Origin: an uncultured Chloroflexia bacterium
Lineage (GTDB): Bacteria; Chloroflexota; Limnocylindria; Limnocylindrales; CSP1-4
Direction of reading: 5' to 3'
Assembly (NCBI GenBank): GCA_963833225.1
Contig: CAWHXD010000019.1
Span: forward strand, 128,001-192,000
DNA: 64,000 bases
Positions 1 to 9,792 of this stretch are shown here, one piece after another (the stretch's first letter is position 1; the number at the start of each line of letters is the position of its first letter). The position numbers and the translations under genes are program-made. The notes below the pieces were generated by a model that saw only the letters and a program-made list of their open reading frames with translations, did no database searches and was not told the DNA's origin.

Positions 1-841
1 CGTCGGCGCGCTTGGCGCGCTCGATCTCGTTCCTGAGCGCGAGCCGACCCACCTCGCGACGGAAGGCCCCGGTGAGCGCGTCGAGGTGCGCACGCTGCAG
101 CTCGGCTTCCAGGCGCGCCTTCTCAAGCTCGGCATCGTTGTCCGTCATCGAGCGGAGGTCCTGTCCGGTGCCCAGACGCGACCTGGCGATCGAGTCCCGC
201 TCTCCGAGCGCCCGATCGCGTGCATTGGCGATCAGGTCCCGGTCCGTCGCGGCCTGGTCCCGGGCATTGGCGATCGAATCACGCTCGGCGAGCGCCTTCT
301 CCCTGGCCTCCACGGCCGCGGCGCGGTCGATGGCGGCCTGCTCCCTGGCTGCCGCGATCTCCGCCCGATCGAGGACTGCCTGCTCCCGTGCCTCGACGGC
401 CGCGACGCGCTCGGCAGCCGCCCGGTGCATCAGCTCGGCGATCTGGACACGCTCCGCGATCGCCTCCTCCTCCCGTGCCTCCAGGGTGGCCTCCCGCGCC
501 GATGCCGCCTGTTCGAGCGCGTCAGCGATCTCGGCCCGCTCCGCGGCGGCCTCGTACAGGGACTCGAGCGCTCCGGCCCGCTCCGCGGCCGCCTCGTACA
601 TCTCCTCGAGCTCGGCCTCGCGCTCGGCGGCCAACGCGTCATCGCGCCGCGCGTCGCTCGTCGCCGCCGGTGTCTCCGGACCACCGGCAGGGGAATCCGC
701 AGCCGGCTCCACGTCGCCGAGCGGGCGGCTCACGGCAGCGGCGGCCGCGTCGGCAGCGGCGGCAGCGGCGGCAGCGGCGTCGGCCGCCTCGAGGGCCTTG
801 AGCGCCTGGCGCTGTGACTTCTTCAGCTTGCGGAAGTTCAA
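1..841 (-). CDS. Diguanylate cyclase (GGDEF) with long repetitive coiled-coil N-terminus; partial, runs off window edge
   Basis: Manual minus-strand translation from TTG at 841 (GAGCGAGG upstream): NFRKLKKSQRQ..., an A/E/R-rich helical region, then HLDALTGAFRREVGRLALRNEIERAKR, the DxLTG start of a GGDEF domain. Absent from the ORF track because it has no stop in the window. Confidence 0.75.
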   Translation of the reverse strand, partial: MNFRKLKKSQRQALKALEAADAAAAAAAAADAAAAAVSRPLGDVEPAADSPAGGPETPAATSDARRDDALAAEREAELEEMYEAAAERAGALESLYEAAAERAEIADALEQAASAREATLEAREEEAIAERVQIAELMHRAAAERVAAVEAREQAVLDRAEIAAAREQAAIDRAAAVEAREKALAERDSIANARDQAATDRDLIANARDRALGERDSIARSRLGTGQDLRSMTDNDAELEKARLEAELQRAHLDALTGAFRREVGRLALRNEIERAKRAD

Positions 842-983
842 ATGAGGCCTCGCTCGTCGATTGGGCGCCGAGCCGCGCCTTTGGTACCGCATCTTGCGGC
901 CATATGTACCAAGTATCACGCGGAATCGGCGCCTGGAGAGTGAATCTGGTGCGAGAACGCCCCGCTATTCTCCGAATCGCGGA

Positions 984-2711
984 TCAGGCGTCCGGTCCGG
1001 CGGCAATCGCTCCGGCGGCCCGGAGGTCGCGCTTCCAGCGGTCGATGGCGTCTTGGGCCTGATACGGGTTGCCGTCCAGCCACGCGCCGACATCGACCGA
1101 CGGGTACCGTTCCCCGACCAGGGCCGCGGTGGCCCGGGCTCGCCGGTCCAGCCCCTGCTCAACCTGGGCCGCGGTCAGCACGAGGAGAGCCTCCAAGTTG
1201 AGCGGCTGGTGCTCGAGGACCATCTCCGCCACGGCCGCGGCCTGCTCCGGTCGGCCGCCCATCAACAGCGAACAGGCCTTGACGGTGGGGTACCAGGGCT
1301 TGTTGACCCCGGTCAGGCGCATCGCCTTGTCCGTGAGATCGACCGCCTTGTCCCATTCGCCGAGGTAGCGCCGGACGCTCCCCTCGAGGCCAAAGGTGAT
1401 GTCGCAGGTCGGGCGCACGATCTCCACCGCCTCGATCGCCTCCAGCGCCTCCGCCGCGCGACCCTCGGAGACAAGGATGGCGGCCTCCACGGTCCTGGCC
1501 ATGCCCGTCGGATCGCCGCACGCGAGACCGACCTTGGCCTGCTGCCGGGCCAGCAGGAACGTCTCGGTGGCGTTCTGGGCCCAGCCACTGTTGGCGCCCA
1601 TCCAGTTGGCAAAGGCCGAGAGCACGTGCCCGTACGGCTTGTCCGGATGGGTGGCGGCGACCTTGCCGAACAGCTCGAGGGCCATGGCCCACCCCTCCGG
1701 CGTACCGGTGTTGAGGTGATACCAGCCGAGGTAGACCTGCTCGATCGCCCTCGCGTCGTCCAGGTCGGCATACAGGCCGGCCGGCTCGCCGACGATGAGG
1801 TCGACCTCGACCGCGCGAGCGACCTCGTCGGCAAGCGTATCCGACAGCCCGAACAGCTCCGCGGTCGTCGCGGTCCACCGGTGCGACTTGACGACATTCA
1901 TGGTCGTGACGTCCATGATGGTCGCGTAGACCCGGACGTTGTCGCCCGCCTGGTGGATGCCGGTCTCGATCAGGTAGCGAGCCGATGCGGGCGTGCCACC
2001 GGTGCCGGGTTCCGTCCGGGCATCGACGACATTGAGCTGGGGGATCTGCGTCAGGCGGTGGACCAGGTCGGTCCGCAGCAGGTCCGCGGTGGCGCGCACG
2101 GTCGCATCGAGATGCTCGGTGTGGATGGGGAGCACCGCCACGGTGGGCGCCTCGAGTCCCAGGGGCCGCTGGCCCGGCGAGGCAGCCTCACCGCTCGGCA
2201 AATCGGCGAACTCGTAGATGTCGACATCCTCCGGGATGCCCTTGAGGTGTCGTCGGCCGATCGCCCTGAAGCGGAGGGCCGGCTCGTCGAGAGCCCGGTA
2301 GACACGCCCGGAGACGCTGATCCCCCCGGGCTGCGCCATGGCCTGGATGCGGGCCGCGATGTTCAGGGCATCCCCGAAGTGGTCGCCGCTGGACACCGCG
2401 ACAACGCCCTGGTCGAGGCCCATCCGGAATCGAATGGCGCGCGCCCCGGCGCGGCTGGCGTTGGCGGTCTCGATCTCCGTGGTGATCGCGATCGCCGCTC
2501 GCATCGCGTCCGTGGCGCCGGCAAAGACCGCCATGAAGTTGTCGCCGACGAAGTTGACCAGCGTTCCGCCGTTCCCGGACACCGTGCGGGCAACCAGGTC
2601 GCGGTACTCGTCCATGGTCGCCGTCACCGTCTCGAGGTCATCGGCGATGAGGCGGCTGTAGCCGACGATATCGGCGTTGAGGGCGACCATCTCGGAACGG
2701 GTCTGGCTCAA
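984..2711 (-). CDS. Class III adenylate/guanylate cyclase domain protein with TolB-like and TPR regions
   Basis: ADIVGYSRL, FVGDNFMAVF, RMGLDQG and GDALNIAARIQ motifs; PTVAVLP segment; helical repeats; TTG start after GGAGGAGGAG. Confidence 0.85.
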   Translation of the reverse strand: MSQTRSEMVALNADIVGYSRLIADDLETVTATMDEYRDLVARTVSGNGGTLVNFVGDNFMAVFAGATDAMRAAIAITTEIETANASRAGARAIRFRMGLDQGVVAVSSGDHFGDALNIAARIQAMAQPGGISVSGRVYRALDEPALRFRAIGRRHLKGIPEDVDIYEFADLPSGEAASPGQRPLGLEAPTVAVLPIHTEHLDATVRATADLLRTDLVHRLTQIPQLNVVDARTEPGTGGTPASARYLIETGIHQAGDNVRVYATIMDVTTMNVVKSHRWTATTAELFGLSDTLADEVARAVEVDLIVGEPAGLYADLDDARAIEQVYLGWYHLNTGTPEGWAMALELFGKVAATHPDKPYGHVLSAFANWMGANSGWAQNATETFLLARQQAKVGLACGDPTGMARTVEAAILVSEGRAAEALEAIEAVEIVRPTCDITFGLEGSVRRYLGEWDKAVDLTDKAMRLTGVNKPWYPTVKACSLLMGGRPEQAAAVAEMVLEHQPLNLEALLVLTAAQVEQGLDRRARATAALVGERYPSVDVGAWLDGNPYQAQDAIDRWKRDLRAAGAIAAGPDA

Positions 2712-2837
2712 GAAGCTCCTCCTCCGGGTGGGTAACGTCCCTCGGACGGGTTGCGCGTGAGGCCCGATGATCCCACGATGTCGCCAGCCGGTCGAACGTG
2801 ACGTGTCGCCGGCCCCGCATCCCGGAGGAGCAGCGCC

Positions 2838-3398
2838 TTGGACCGAGTGCGCCTGATCGTGGCATCCGTGCAGCAGACCCTGGTCGAGGCGGGCGCGACG
2901 GTGGACCCGCCCACGACGGTGGCGACCGCGGCCGTGGCGGTCCACAACCCGCTTGCGGGCCAGGGTCGCGTCGACGACCTGGCCGAGCTGGAGGCGCTCG
3001 GGCGCGAGGCGTCTGCCCTGCTCGTGGAGCGCGCCATCGCCGCCCTCGAGTCGGTCGGGCTCTCAGCGGCGGACGTGCGCGGCTACGGCAAGGGCGCCAT
3101 CGTCGGGATCGACGGCGACCGCGAGCACACGGCGGCGGTGCTCCATCCCCGGTTCGGCGCCCCCCTGCGAGCGGCGATCGGCGGGGGAGCCGACATCATC
3201 CCCGGGACCAAGAAGGTTGCCGGTCCCGGAGCGGTCATCACGATGCCGATCGGCAACAAGGACGACCGCTGGGTCTTCGACGACATGGACGCCGTGGATG
3301 TCAGCATCCCGGACGCGCCACGACCGGACGAGATCGTGATCGCCCTGGCGCTGAGCGCCGGTGGCCGCCCGAACGCCCGGGTCCGGAAGCCACAATAG
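2838..3398 (+). CDS. Amino acid synthesis family protein (AA_synth/DUF1185-like)
   Basis: NPLAG, YGKGAIVG..GDREH and DAPRPDEIVIALALSAGGRP motifs; GGAGGAG RBS. Confidence 0.8.
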   Translation: MDRVRLIVASVQQTLVEAGATVDPPTTVATAAVAVHNPLAGQGRVDDLAELEALGREASALLVERAIAALESVGLSAADVRGYGKGAIVGIDGDREHTAAVLHPRFGAPLRAAIGGGADIIPGTKKVAGPGAVITMPIGNKDDRWVFDDMDAVDVSIPDAPRPDEIVIALALSAGGRPNARVRKPQ

Positions 3399-3503
3399 GG
3401 CCCCTGGCCGCAATCGAGCCCCAACGGTCCGCCCGGGCGGCTGGCTCGAGCTGACGATGACGTCGCGGCCGGGCTGCGAAGGCACCCCTGTACCATCGCG
3501 GTC

Positions 3504-4403
3504 ATGGACGCCCCCCACCGCCTCGTGCGGCTCCCCGATGGCCGTGATCTCGACGTCATCGTCGATGGCCCGGACTCGACATCGGCGCTGCTCCTGATCA
3601 ACGGCTCCCCGACGGGCGTGGTCGCGTCACCCCAGGAGGTTGCGGCCGCCGCAGCGCATGGCCTCCGGTTCGTGACGTTCGGCCGGCCGGGATACGCGGA
3701 CTCCACGCGCCTGCCGGGTCGCTCGGTGGCGGACGTGGCGCCGGACATCCGGCTGCTGGCCGCCGAGATCGGCATCGACCGGTTGTTCGTCATCGGCTGG
3801 TCGGGCGGTGGTCCGCACGCGCTCGCCTGTGCCGCGCTGCTGCCCGACCTCGTCGCCGGGGCTGCCACGATGGCCGGTGTCGCGCCCTATGACGCGGAGG
3901 GGCTGGACTGGCTCGAGGGCATGGCGCCCGAGAACCACGAGGAGTTCGGGGCAGCCGTCGCGGACCCGGTCGCGCTCCAGGGTCTTCTCGAGCGCTATGC
4001 TGCGGACCTTCGCGACGTGACCGGAGACCAGGTCGCCGATTCGCTCGGCGAGCTCATCCCGCCGGTGGACCGGGCGGCGCTCACCGGCGACTTTGCCGGG
4101 CACACCGCCGCCCTGTTCCGCGACGCGGTGCGGACCGGCATCTGGGGCTGGTTTGACGACGACCTGGCCTTCATCCGCGACTGGGGCTTCGGGCTGGGCG
4201 AGATCCGGGTCCCGGTCTCGGTTTGGCAGGGCACCGAGGACGCCATGGTTCCGTTCGCCCATGGGCGCTGGCTCGCCGACCATGTGCCCGGGGCGACGGC
4301 CCGGCTGCTGGACGGCGAGGGTCACCTGTCGCTGGGCGTGGTGGCGTTCGACCGCATCGTGGACGAGCTGGTCGACGGCGACCGCAGCCCGGGAGCGACG
4401 TGA
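3504..4403 (+). CDS. Alpha/beta hydrolase
   Basis: RPGYADS, GWSGGG nucleophile elbow, WQGTEDAMVP, EGHLS. Confidence 0.9.
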   Translation: MDAPHRLVRLPDGRDLDVIVDGPDSTSALLLINGSPTGVVASPQEVAAAAAHGLRFVTFGRPGYADSTRLPGRSVADVAPDIRLLAAEIGIDRLFVIGWSGGGPHALACAALLPDLVAGAATMAGVAPYDAEGLDWLEGMAPENHEEFGAAVADPVALQGLLERYAADLRDVTGDQVADSLGELIPPVDRAALTGDFAGHTAALFRDAVRTGIWGWFDDDLAFIRDWGFGLGEIRVPVSVWQGTEDAMVPFAHGRWLADHVPGATARLLDGEGHLSLGVVAFDRIVDELVDGDRSPGAT

Positions 4404-4412
4404 GGGCCGCCG

Positions 4413-4742
4413 ATGGCGTATGACGAGATCCTCGCGGCGCGCGTCCGGTCGCGGATCGGGGATCACCCCGGCCTGAGTGAGCGGGAGATGTTCGGCGGGA
4501 TTGCGTTCATGATCGGCGGCAACATGGCCGTTGGCGTCAGCGGGGACGAGCTGATGGTTCGCGTCGGCAGGGCGGGGCATGATGCCGCGGTTGCGCGACC
4601 CGGCGCCCGCGTCATGGACTTCACCACCCGTCCCATGATCGGCTGGATCAGCGTGACCCGGGAGGGCTTCGCCGAGGACGCGGACTTCGATGCCTGGGTG
4701 GACCAGGGCGTCAGCTACGCGGGCAGCCTCCCGGCGAAGTAG
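4413..4742 (+). CDS. TfoX/Sxy N-terminal domain protein
   Basis: EREMFGGIAFMIGGNMAVGV..ELMVRVG, RPMIGWI, SLPAK C-terminus. Confidence 0.85.
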   Translation: MAYDEILAARVRSRIGDHPGLSEREMFGGIAFMIGGNMAVGVSGDELMVRVGRAGHDAAVARPGARVMDFTTRPMIGWISVTREGFAEDADFDAWVDQGVSYAGSLPAK

Positions 4743-4788
4743 GCATCTCGAACGACCGCGGTCCGGGCACCGGGTCGCGGGGGGCATC

Positions 4789-5262
4789 TCAGTCACCGGC
4801 GGTGCGCGGCTCGAGGACGACCACCGCCGTGCCGGACGGCCGCCTGACTGCATAGCCGTCGACGTCGTCGCCCATCTCTCGCCAGCGCGCCCACAGTCGC
4901 ACCCGTTCGTCGCCTTCGGCCGCACGCCCGCGAACCGCTCGGGCGCCGGTCTTGAGCTCGACTGTCGCGTCGGGTTGCGCCTGGAGGTTGAGCCACCACG
5001 CCGGCTCGGCCTCGGCCCAGCCGTTCATCGCCATCGTGACCAGGTTCGGGCCGTCCTCGTAGTAGCCGAGGATCGCGATCCGCTCCTTGCCCGTGCGGCG
5101 CCCGACGGTCACGAGGCGCATCGTGCCCCACTTGCCGGGCTTGGGAGGCCAGAGCCCGCGCCGGCCCCCCGTGAGCCGGTACAGCGCCCGATGCAGGAGC
5201 CACGCCGTTCGGACGAACCAGCGAGGCGGGAGGGGCGGGGCGGTCCCGGGGCTGTTGGACAT
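4789..5262 (-). CDS. Deazaflavin (F420)-dependent nitroreductase family protein (DDN-like)
   Basis: LVTVGRRTGKER, NGW...PAWWLNLQAQPDA and VVVLEP motifs; start at ATG 5262 after GGAGG. Confidence 0.85.
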   Translation of the reverse strand: MSNSPGTAPPLPPRWFVRTAWLLHRALYRLTGGRRGLWPPKPGKWGTMRLVTVGRRTGKERIAILGYYEDGPNLVTMAMNGWAEAEPAWWLNLQAQPDATVELKTGARAVRGRAAEGDERVRLWARWREMGDDVDGYAVRRPSGTAVVVLEPRTAGD

Positions 5263-5419
5263 GGCGGCGACCTCCAGGGACGCCCGGCAATGATCCCACG
5301 CGAGGTCCGTCACCGCCGGATCCGTGCGGACGGGGCTGGTCGCCAACGGGACCGCGTCGGCCGTCGGGGGGCCATTCGCCTCTGATGCCGCGGGCGTCCA
5401 GGCCGCCATCCTCTTCGGG

Positions 5420-6343
5420 ATGACGCGGATCGGGATCCTGACCGGTGTCGGGGCGGTGGCGGCGGTTGGGGCATGCATGCTGGCTCGCCGGTGGCGGCAC
5501 CGGGTCCAGCCCACCGATCACCCGGCCACGGAGATCGCTCCGGGCGTGTTTCTCCTGGGCCCATGGGGCCGGTCGCAGACCAGCGTCTACCTCATCTGCG
5601 ATGGGTCGGCGTGGCTCCTCGTGGATACCGGGTGGGGGAGCGACGGACCGCGCATCCAGGCGGCTGTGCGGTCGTTGGTGGGTCCCGATGCGGCCCCCTC
5701 GGCGATCCTGCTGACGCACGCTCACCCGGATCATTGTGGGTCGGCCCGCGAGCTGGCGGAGGCGTGGAGCTGCCCCGTGTACGCACACCCGGCCGAGCTC
5801 CCGCTTGCCACGGGCGACTTCGCCGCGATGGCGAGGTACGCCGGACCGCTCGACCGGTGGTTGATCCTGCCCGTCATGCGGGCCATCGGTGCTCGCCGCC
5901 GCGAGGCGGCCCTCGCCGCGTCGAGCCTGGCGGGCGTCGTGGAGGCCCTGGCGCCGGGTGGCGAGATCCCGGGGGTGGACGGCTGGACCTGGATCCCGAC
6001 GCCGGGCCATACCCCGGGGCACGTCGCCTACCTCCGGGCGCGCGACCGGGTCGTCCTCAGCGGCGACGCCCTCGTGACCCTGGAGGTCAACGCCCTGGCA
6101 GGCATCCTGTGGCAGCGCCAGGGCCTGTCCGGTCCGCCCTGGTACACGACCTGGGATCGGCGGGCCGCGAATGACTCGATCTGCGAGATCGCCGATCTCG
6201 AGCCCGATGTCCTCGCCGGCGGCCACGGGCTGCCGCTGCTCGGGCCGCGGACAGCCGCCCTGGTTCACGCGTTCGCGAAGACCCGAGCCCACCGATCTCG
6301 CTCCCCGGCGGAGGGACAAGAAGGGGCGTCACGCCAGGCGTAG
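5420..6343 (+). CDS. MBL-fold metallo-hydrolase with N-terminal membrane anchor
   Basis: LLTHAHPDHCG, TPGHTPGH, SGDAL, GGHG. Confidence 0.9.
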   Translation: MTRIGILTGVGAVAAVGACMLARRWRHRVQPTDHPATEIAPGVFLLGPWGRSQTSVYLICDGSAWLLVDTGWGSDGPRIQAAVRSLVGPDAAPSAILLTHAHPDHCGSARELAEAWSCPVYAHPAELPLATGDFAAMARYAGPLDRWLILPVMRAIGARRREAALAASSLAGVVEALAPGGEIPGVDGWTWIPTPGHTPGHVAYLRARDRVVLSGDALVTLEVNALAGILWQRQGLSGPPWYTTWDRRAANDSICEIADLEPDVLAGGHGLPLLGPRTAALVHAFAKTRAHRSRSPAEGQEGASRQA

Positions 6344-6859
6344 CCGGTCGCGGACTTCGCGCGAAAGCACAGCATCGGCCCAGGATCCGACGTGGGGATG
6401 CTCGGGCGCCCAGGAGTCCCAGACGCTCCGCGCCCAGGCTTGGACACGGTTCGCGTGGTCATCCGGCGCGATGGCTCCGGCGACCTCGGCGACGGTGAGG
6501 ACCGAGCCATCCGCACGGCCACGGAACCGCGGCCACGTCGAGTGGCGCTGGGCGAGGTACTGGTGCGCGCCTCGCACCGCCGTGCCCGACCAACCGCGCT
6601 CCAGCGCCAGGTAGAGCCCGATGAGGCCGAATGCCGTGGCGATCGGCGGCGAAGGCGCGCCGGCGTGCTGGGCACCGTAGGCGTCGACGGCCAGCTGGTG
6701 ATACCGGCCCAGCTGCGGCAGGTGCTCCATCTCGAAGGTCAGGACCTCGGTGTAGAGGTGCCAGCAGGCAGGCGAAGCGTTGGCCTGGCGCTCCATGGGC
6801 CAATCCGTTGGCTCCAGGACGACACCGCATCCAGGACAAGGGCTCGGGGCATCGACCAT
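6329..6859 (-). CDS. DUF5946-like protein
   Basis: N-terminal CPGCG, ASPACW, HQLAVDAYGAQH and VQAWARSVWDSW pattern. Confidence 0.7.
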   Translation of the reverse strand: MVDAPSPCPGCGVVLEPTDWPMERQANASPACWHLYTEVLTFEMEHLPQLGRYHQLAVDAYGAQHAGAPSPPIATAFGLIGLYLALERGWSGTAVRGAHQYLAQRHSTWPRFRGRADGSVLTVAEVAGAIAPDDHANRVQAWARSVWDSWAPEHPHVGSWADAVLSREVRDRLRLA

Positions 6860-6923
6860 GGCACCAGCATGGGGAGGCGTCGGCCGCCGGTCAACCGCCG
6901 ACCGGGCCGCCGATCGGGCCGGC

Positions 6924-7991
6924 TCAGCCCCGACGGGAGCCCCAACGCCGCCCGCCCTCGAGGAACGCCGCCACGTTGGCCCACGGCACGTCCGGCTCGT
7001 CGACGTCGTAGGCGGGGCACAGGATCAGCCCGGCCCGGCCGAGGCCGGCGACGCACCTCCGGACCTCCTCGGCGATCGCCTCCGGGCGCTCGTACGAGAA
7101 CGTCGTCTGCCGGCCGACGCAGCCCCAGAGCGCAAGGCGCCTGCCAAACCGCCGGCGGATCCGCGCGGCGTCCATGTGCTCCGGCTGCACGGGGTTGATC
7201 GCGGCGACACCGATCTCGACCAGGTCGTCGAGGATCGGCTCAATCGTCCCATCCGAGTGGTACAGCACGCGGATCGCGGGGTTGATCGCCCGGGCCGCCT
7301 CGATCACGCCGGCCAGGCGTGGCTTGAAGAAGGTCCGCCACGTGGCCGGGCTCATCATCATGGTTCCCGGGATCCCGACGTCATCGTCGAGCGAGAGGAC
7401 ATCGACACCGGCGGCGGCGAGGGTCGCCGCGTTGCGACGCGCGAGCTCGGCCAGCCGGTCGAGCAGGAAGTGGGCCATGTCCTGGCGCTCGAGCAGGTCG
7501 ATCAGGAAGGCCTCGAGGCCTCGGAGCCGCCAGGCTGCCTCGAACAGCTCCCCGCCGAGGTGCGGCGTGTTGCCGCCGGCCGCAAGGCCGCGCCGGTGCA
7601 CGTCGTCCACCGCTTGGGCGAGGCCATCCACCGCCAGCGGGCCGGCCACGGCCGGGAACGGGAACCGCTCCAGGTCGGCCAGGGTTCTCGCCGCCTCGAG
7701 CGGGTTGCGGTCCTCGGGTGCGCCCGGCTGGTACCGCCAGCTGGCGTAGCGCGCGGCCTGGGACGCGTTGCCGACGCGCGTGTTGCCCTCGTACGGCGAG
7801 GCGATCCGGCGCAGCTCGGCTTCCTCGTCCGACACCGGGAACTCGACGAACTCGATGTCAACGTGGTCGTCCCGCCAGGCGCCCGGCGGTGCCAGCCGTG
7901 CGCCATCGATGCGATAGAACGCGAGGGCGAGGGGGATGACATCAGGCTCGTCGCCGTCCATCGCCGCGAGGATCCGATCCCGGCCGGTCAC
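6924..7991 (-). CDS. Uroporphyrinogen decarboxylase family protein
   Basis: RDRILAAM...PDVIP, AWRLRGLE, DDDVG...MMSPATWR, YHSDG, NPVQPEHMD; GTG start at 7991. Confidence 0.85.
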   Translation of the reverse strand: MTGRDRILAAMDGDEPDVIPLALAFYRIDGARLAPPGAWRDDHVDIEFVEFPVSDEEAELRRIASPYEGNTRVGNASQAARYASWRYQPGAPEDRNPLEAARTLADLERFPFPAVAGPLAVDGLAQAVDDVHRRGLAAGGNTPHLGGELFEAAWRLRGLEAFLIDLLERQDMAHFLLDRLAELARRNAATLAAAGVDVLSLDDDVGIPGTMMMSPATWRTFFKPRLAGVIEAARAINPAIRVLYHSDGTIEPILDDLVEIGVAAINPVQPEHMDAARIRRRFGRRLALWGCVGRQTTFSYERPEAIAEEVRRCVAGLGRAGLILCPAYDVDEPDVPWANVAAFLEGGRRWGSRRG

Positions 7992-7998
7992 CGTTGCC

Positions 7999-8490
7999 TC
8001 AGCCGATGGTCTTGCGCATCGTGACGTCGGTCTCGACGTAGCCGGAGGACAGGTAGAGGCTCCGCGCGACCGCGTTGTCACCGAACACGTGGAGCCCGAT
8101 CTCGTGGTAGCCCAGGTCCCGCGCGATCGGCTCCAGCGCGACCAGGGCGGCGCGGCCGTAGCCGCGGCCACGCGCCTCCGGAAGGACCTCGATGTCCCAG
8201 ATGAAGCAGGGGCTCCGCTCGGCCTCCCGGAGTGGCCCGAACCAGATCGTGCCCACCACCTCGCCCGACTCGTTCACGATCGAGCGCAGCTCGTGGTCGG
8301 GGGTCGCGAGGCCCTGGGGCAGCAGGGTCGTGAACTCGCGATCTGATCGCGCCTCCGCACCCTCCGCGGGCCAGGTGCCGACGCGGACCTTGTCGGCGGC
8401 ATATCCGCGCACGGAGGTGACGCGCCAGCGCTCGAAGGTCTCGCCGGACATCGGCTCGAGCGTGACGGTCGGGGGCTCCGCTGGCTTCAT
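7999..8490 (-). CDS. GNAT family N-acetyltransferase
   Basis: ARGRGYGR acetyl-CoA motif; LHVFGDNAVARSLY..SGY. Confidence 0.9.
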   Translation of the reverse strand: MKPAEPPTVTLEPMSGETFERWRVTSVRGYAADKVRVGTWPAEGAEARSDREFTTLLPQGLATPDHELRSIVNESGEVVGTIWFGPLREAERSPCFIWDIEVLPEARGRGYGRAALVALEPIARDLGYHEIGLHVFGDNAVARSLYLSSGYVETDVTMRKTIG

Positions 8491-8531
8491 CGGGTGGAGG
8501 ATATCCGGTCAGCGCTGCGATACTCCGCCCC

Positions 8532-9665
8532 ATGTCCCCCGTCACCGCCCCAACAGACCGCCGCCGGATCGCTACGCTGCGGCTCGCGGCCCAGCGCCTC
8601 GTGGCCGCCGGTTCGCCATCGGCGGCGGACGCGGTTCACTGGATGCTGGCCGTCCAGGCGCAGGACCTGCCAGGCGCGAAGCGGTCACTCGGGTTACGGA
8701 CGGAGGGCGGCACGGAGGCTGCCGTCAACGCGGCGCTCGACGCGGGTCACGTCGTCCGCTCCTGGCCGCTGCGCGGCACGCTCCATTTCGTCGCCGCCAA
8801 GGATCTCGCCTGGCTCCTGGCGCTCACCGGGTCCCGGCAGATCAGCCGCGCGGCGACTCGCCGTCGGGAGCTCGGCATCACCGACGCGGACCTGGGGCAC
8901 GCGGAGGCGGCGGTGCGGACAGCGCTCGGAGGCAGGCGCACCCTGCCCCGCGATCAGCTGCTCGCCGAGATCGAGGCGGCCGGCGTGGCGACGGACGGCC
9001 AGCGGGCCTACCACCTCATCTGGCACCTGTCGCAAGCGGGGACGCTGGTCATGGGCGCGACGCACGGCCGGGGCCAGGCGTTCGCCCTGCTCGACGACTG
9101 GGTGCCCAGGGGACCCGTGCTCGACCGCGACGAGGCTCTGGGCCGGCTCGCGCTCCGCTATCTGCGATCCCACGGCCCGGCCAGTGACGCGGACCTGGCC
9201 CGCTGGGCGGGTTTGACGATGGGCGAGGCCCGCCGAGCCCGCGCCGTCTGCGGCACCGCGCTCGCCACCATCGAGATCGGAGGCACCCCCTACGCCCTGG
9301 ACCCCGAGGTGCTGGATCGCGGGACGGATCGGCCATCGCCATGGCAGCCCCGGGTTCTCCTGCTGCCGGGCTTCGACGAATACCTGCTGGGGTACGGGGA
9401 TCGGTCGGCGGTCCTGGCGCCTGAGCTTGCCGACCGCATCGTCCCCGGCGGCAACGGGATGTTCCGGTCGACGGTCGTGGTCGACGGCGAGGTGGCCGGC
9501 ACGTGGAGCCGGGCCGTGCGCGGCGGGAAGCTGCTCGTCGCGCCGGAGTTGTTCGCCCCTCTTGCCGCCGACCAGCTCGGCGGGCTTGCCGACGCGGTCG
9601 GGGCGCTCGGATCCTTCCTTGGTCAGGACGCGCACCTCGCGCCGATGCCAGGATCAGCCGACTAG
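8532..9665 (+). CDS. AlkZ/YcaQ-like (HTH_42) winged-helix DNA glycosylase
   Basis: AVQAQD (QxQ), RSWPLRGTLH, YLRSHGPAS..DLARWAGL, LLPGFDEYLLGY. Confidence 0.85.
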   Translation: MSPVTAPTDRRRIATLRLAAQRLVAAGSPSAADAVHWMLAVQAQDLPGAKRSLGLRTEGGTEAAVNAALDAGHVVRSWPLRGTLHFVAAKDLAWLLALTGSRQISRAATRRRELGITDADLGHAEAAVRTALGGRRTLPRDQLLAEIEAAGVATDGQRAYHLIWHLSQAGTLVMGATHGRGQAFALLDDWVPRGPVLDRDEALGRLALRYLRSHGPASDADLARWAGLTMGEARRARAVCGTALATIEIGGTPYALDPEVLDRGTDRPSPWQPRVLLLPGFDEYLLGYGDRSAVLAPELADRIVPGGNGMFRSTVVVDGEVAGTWSRAVRGGKLLVAPELFAPLAADQLGGLADAVGALGSFLGQDAHLAPMPGSAD

Positions 9666-9724
9666 GCCATCGAGAAGCTGACCCAGGCTGCGGCCCGGTC
9701 GAAGGAAACCGAACGGGCAGCGCA

Positions 9725-9753
9725 TTGCCTCCGACCCGTCTCCGGCGCATGAT
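9725..9753 (+). promoter_or_regulatory. Putative sigma70 promoter
   Basis: TTGCCT-17 bp-CATGAT upstream of the GTG at 9793. Confidence 0.45.
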
Positions 9754-9792
9754 TCCTCCTCACCACGAGTCAACGAGCGAGAGGAGGCGACC

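Noticed and set aside
12-845. Plus-strand 277-aa ORF and the many other long overlapping ORFs in the track
   Set aside because: Antisense or alternate-frame shadows typical of high-GC DNA (S/R/A/P-rich, no motifs); the real gene here is on the minus strand.
9755-9787. CCTCCTC complementary to the GAGGAGG RBS of the SnoaL gene
   Set aside because: It lies just after the predicted -10, so most of it is probably not in the transcript.
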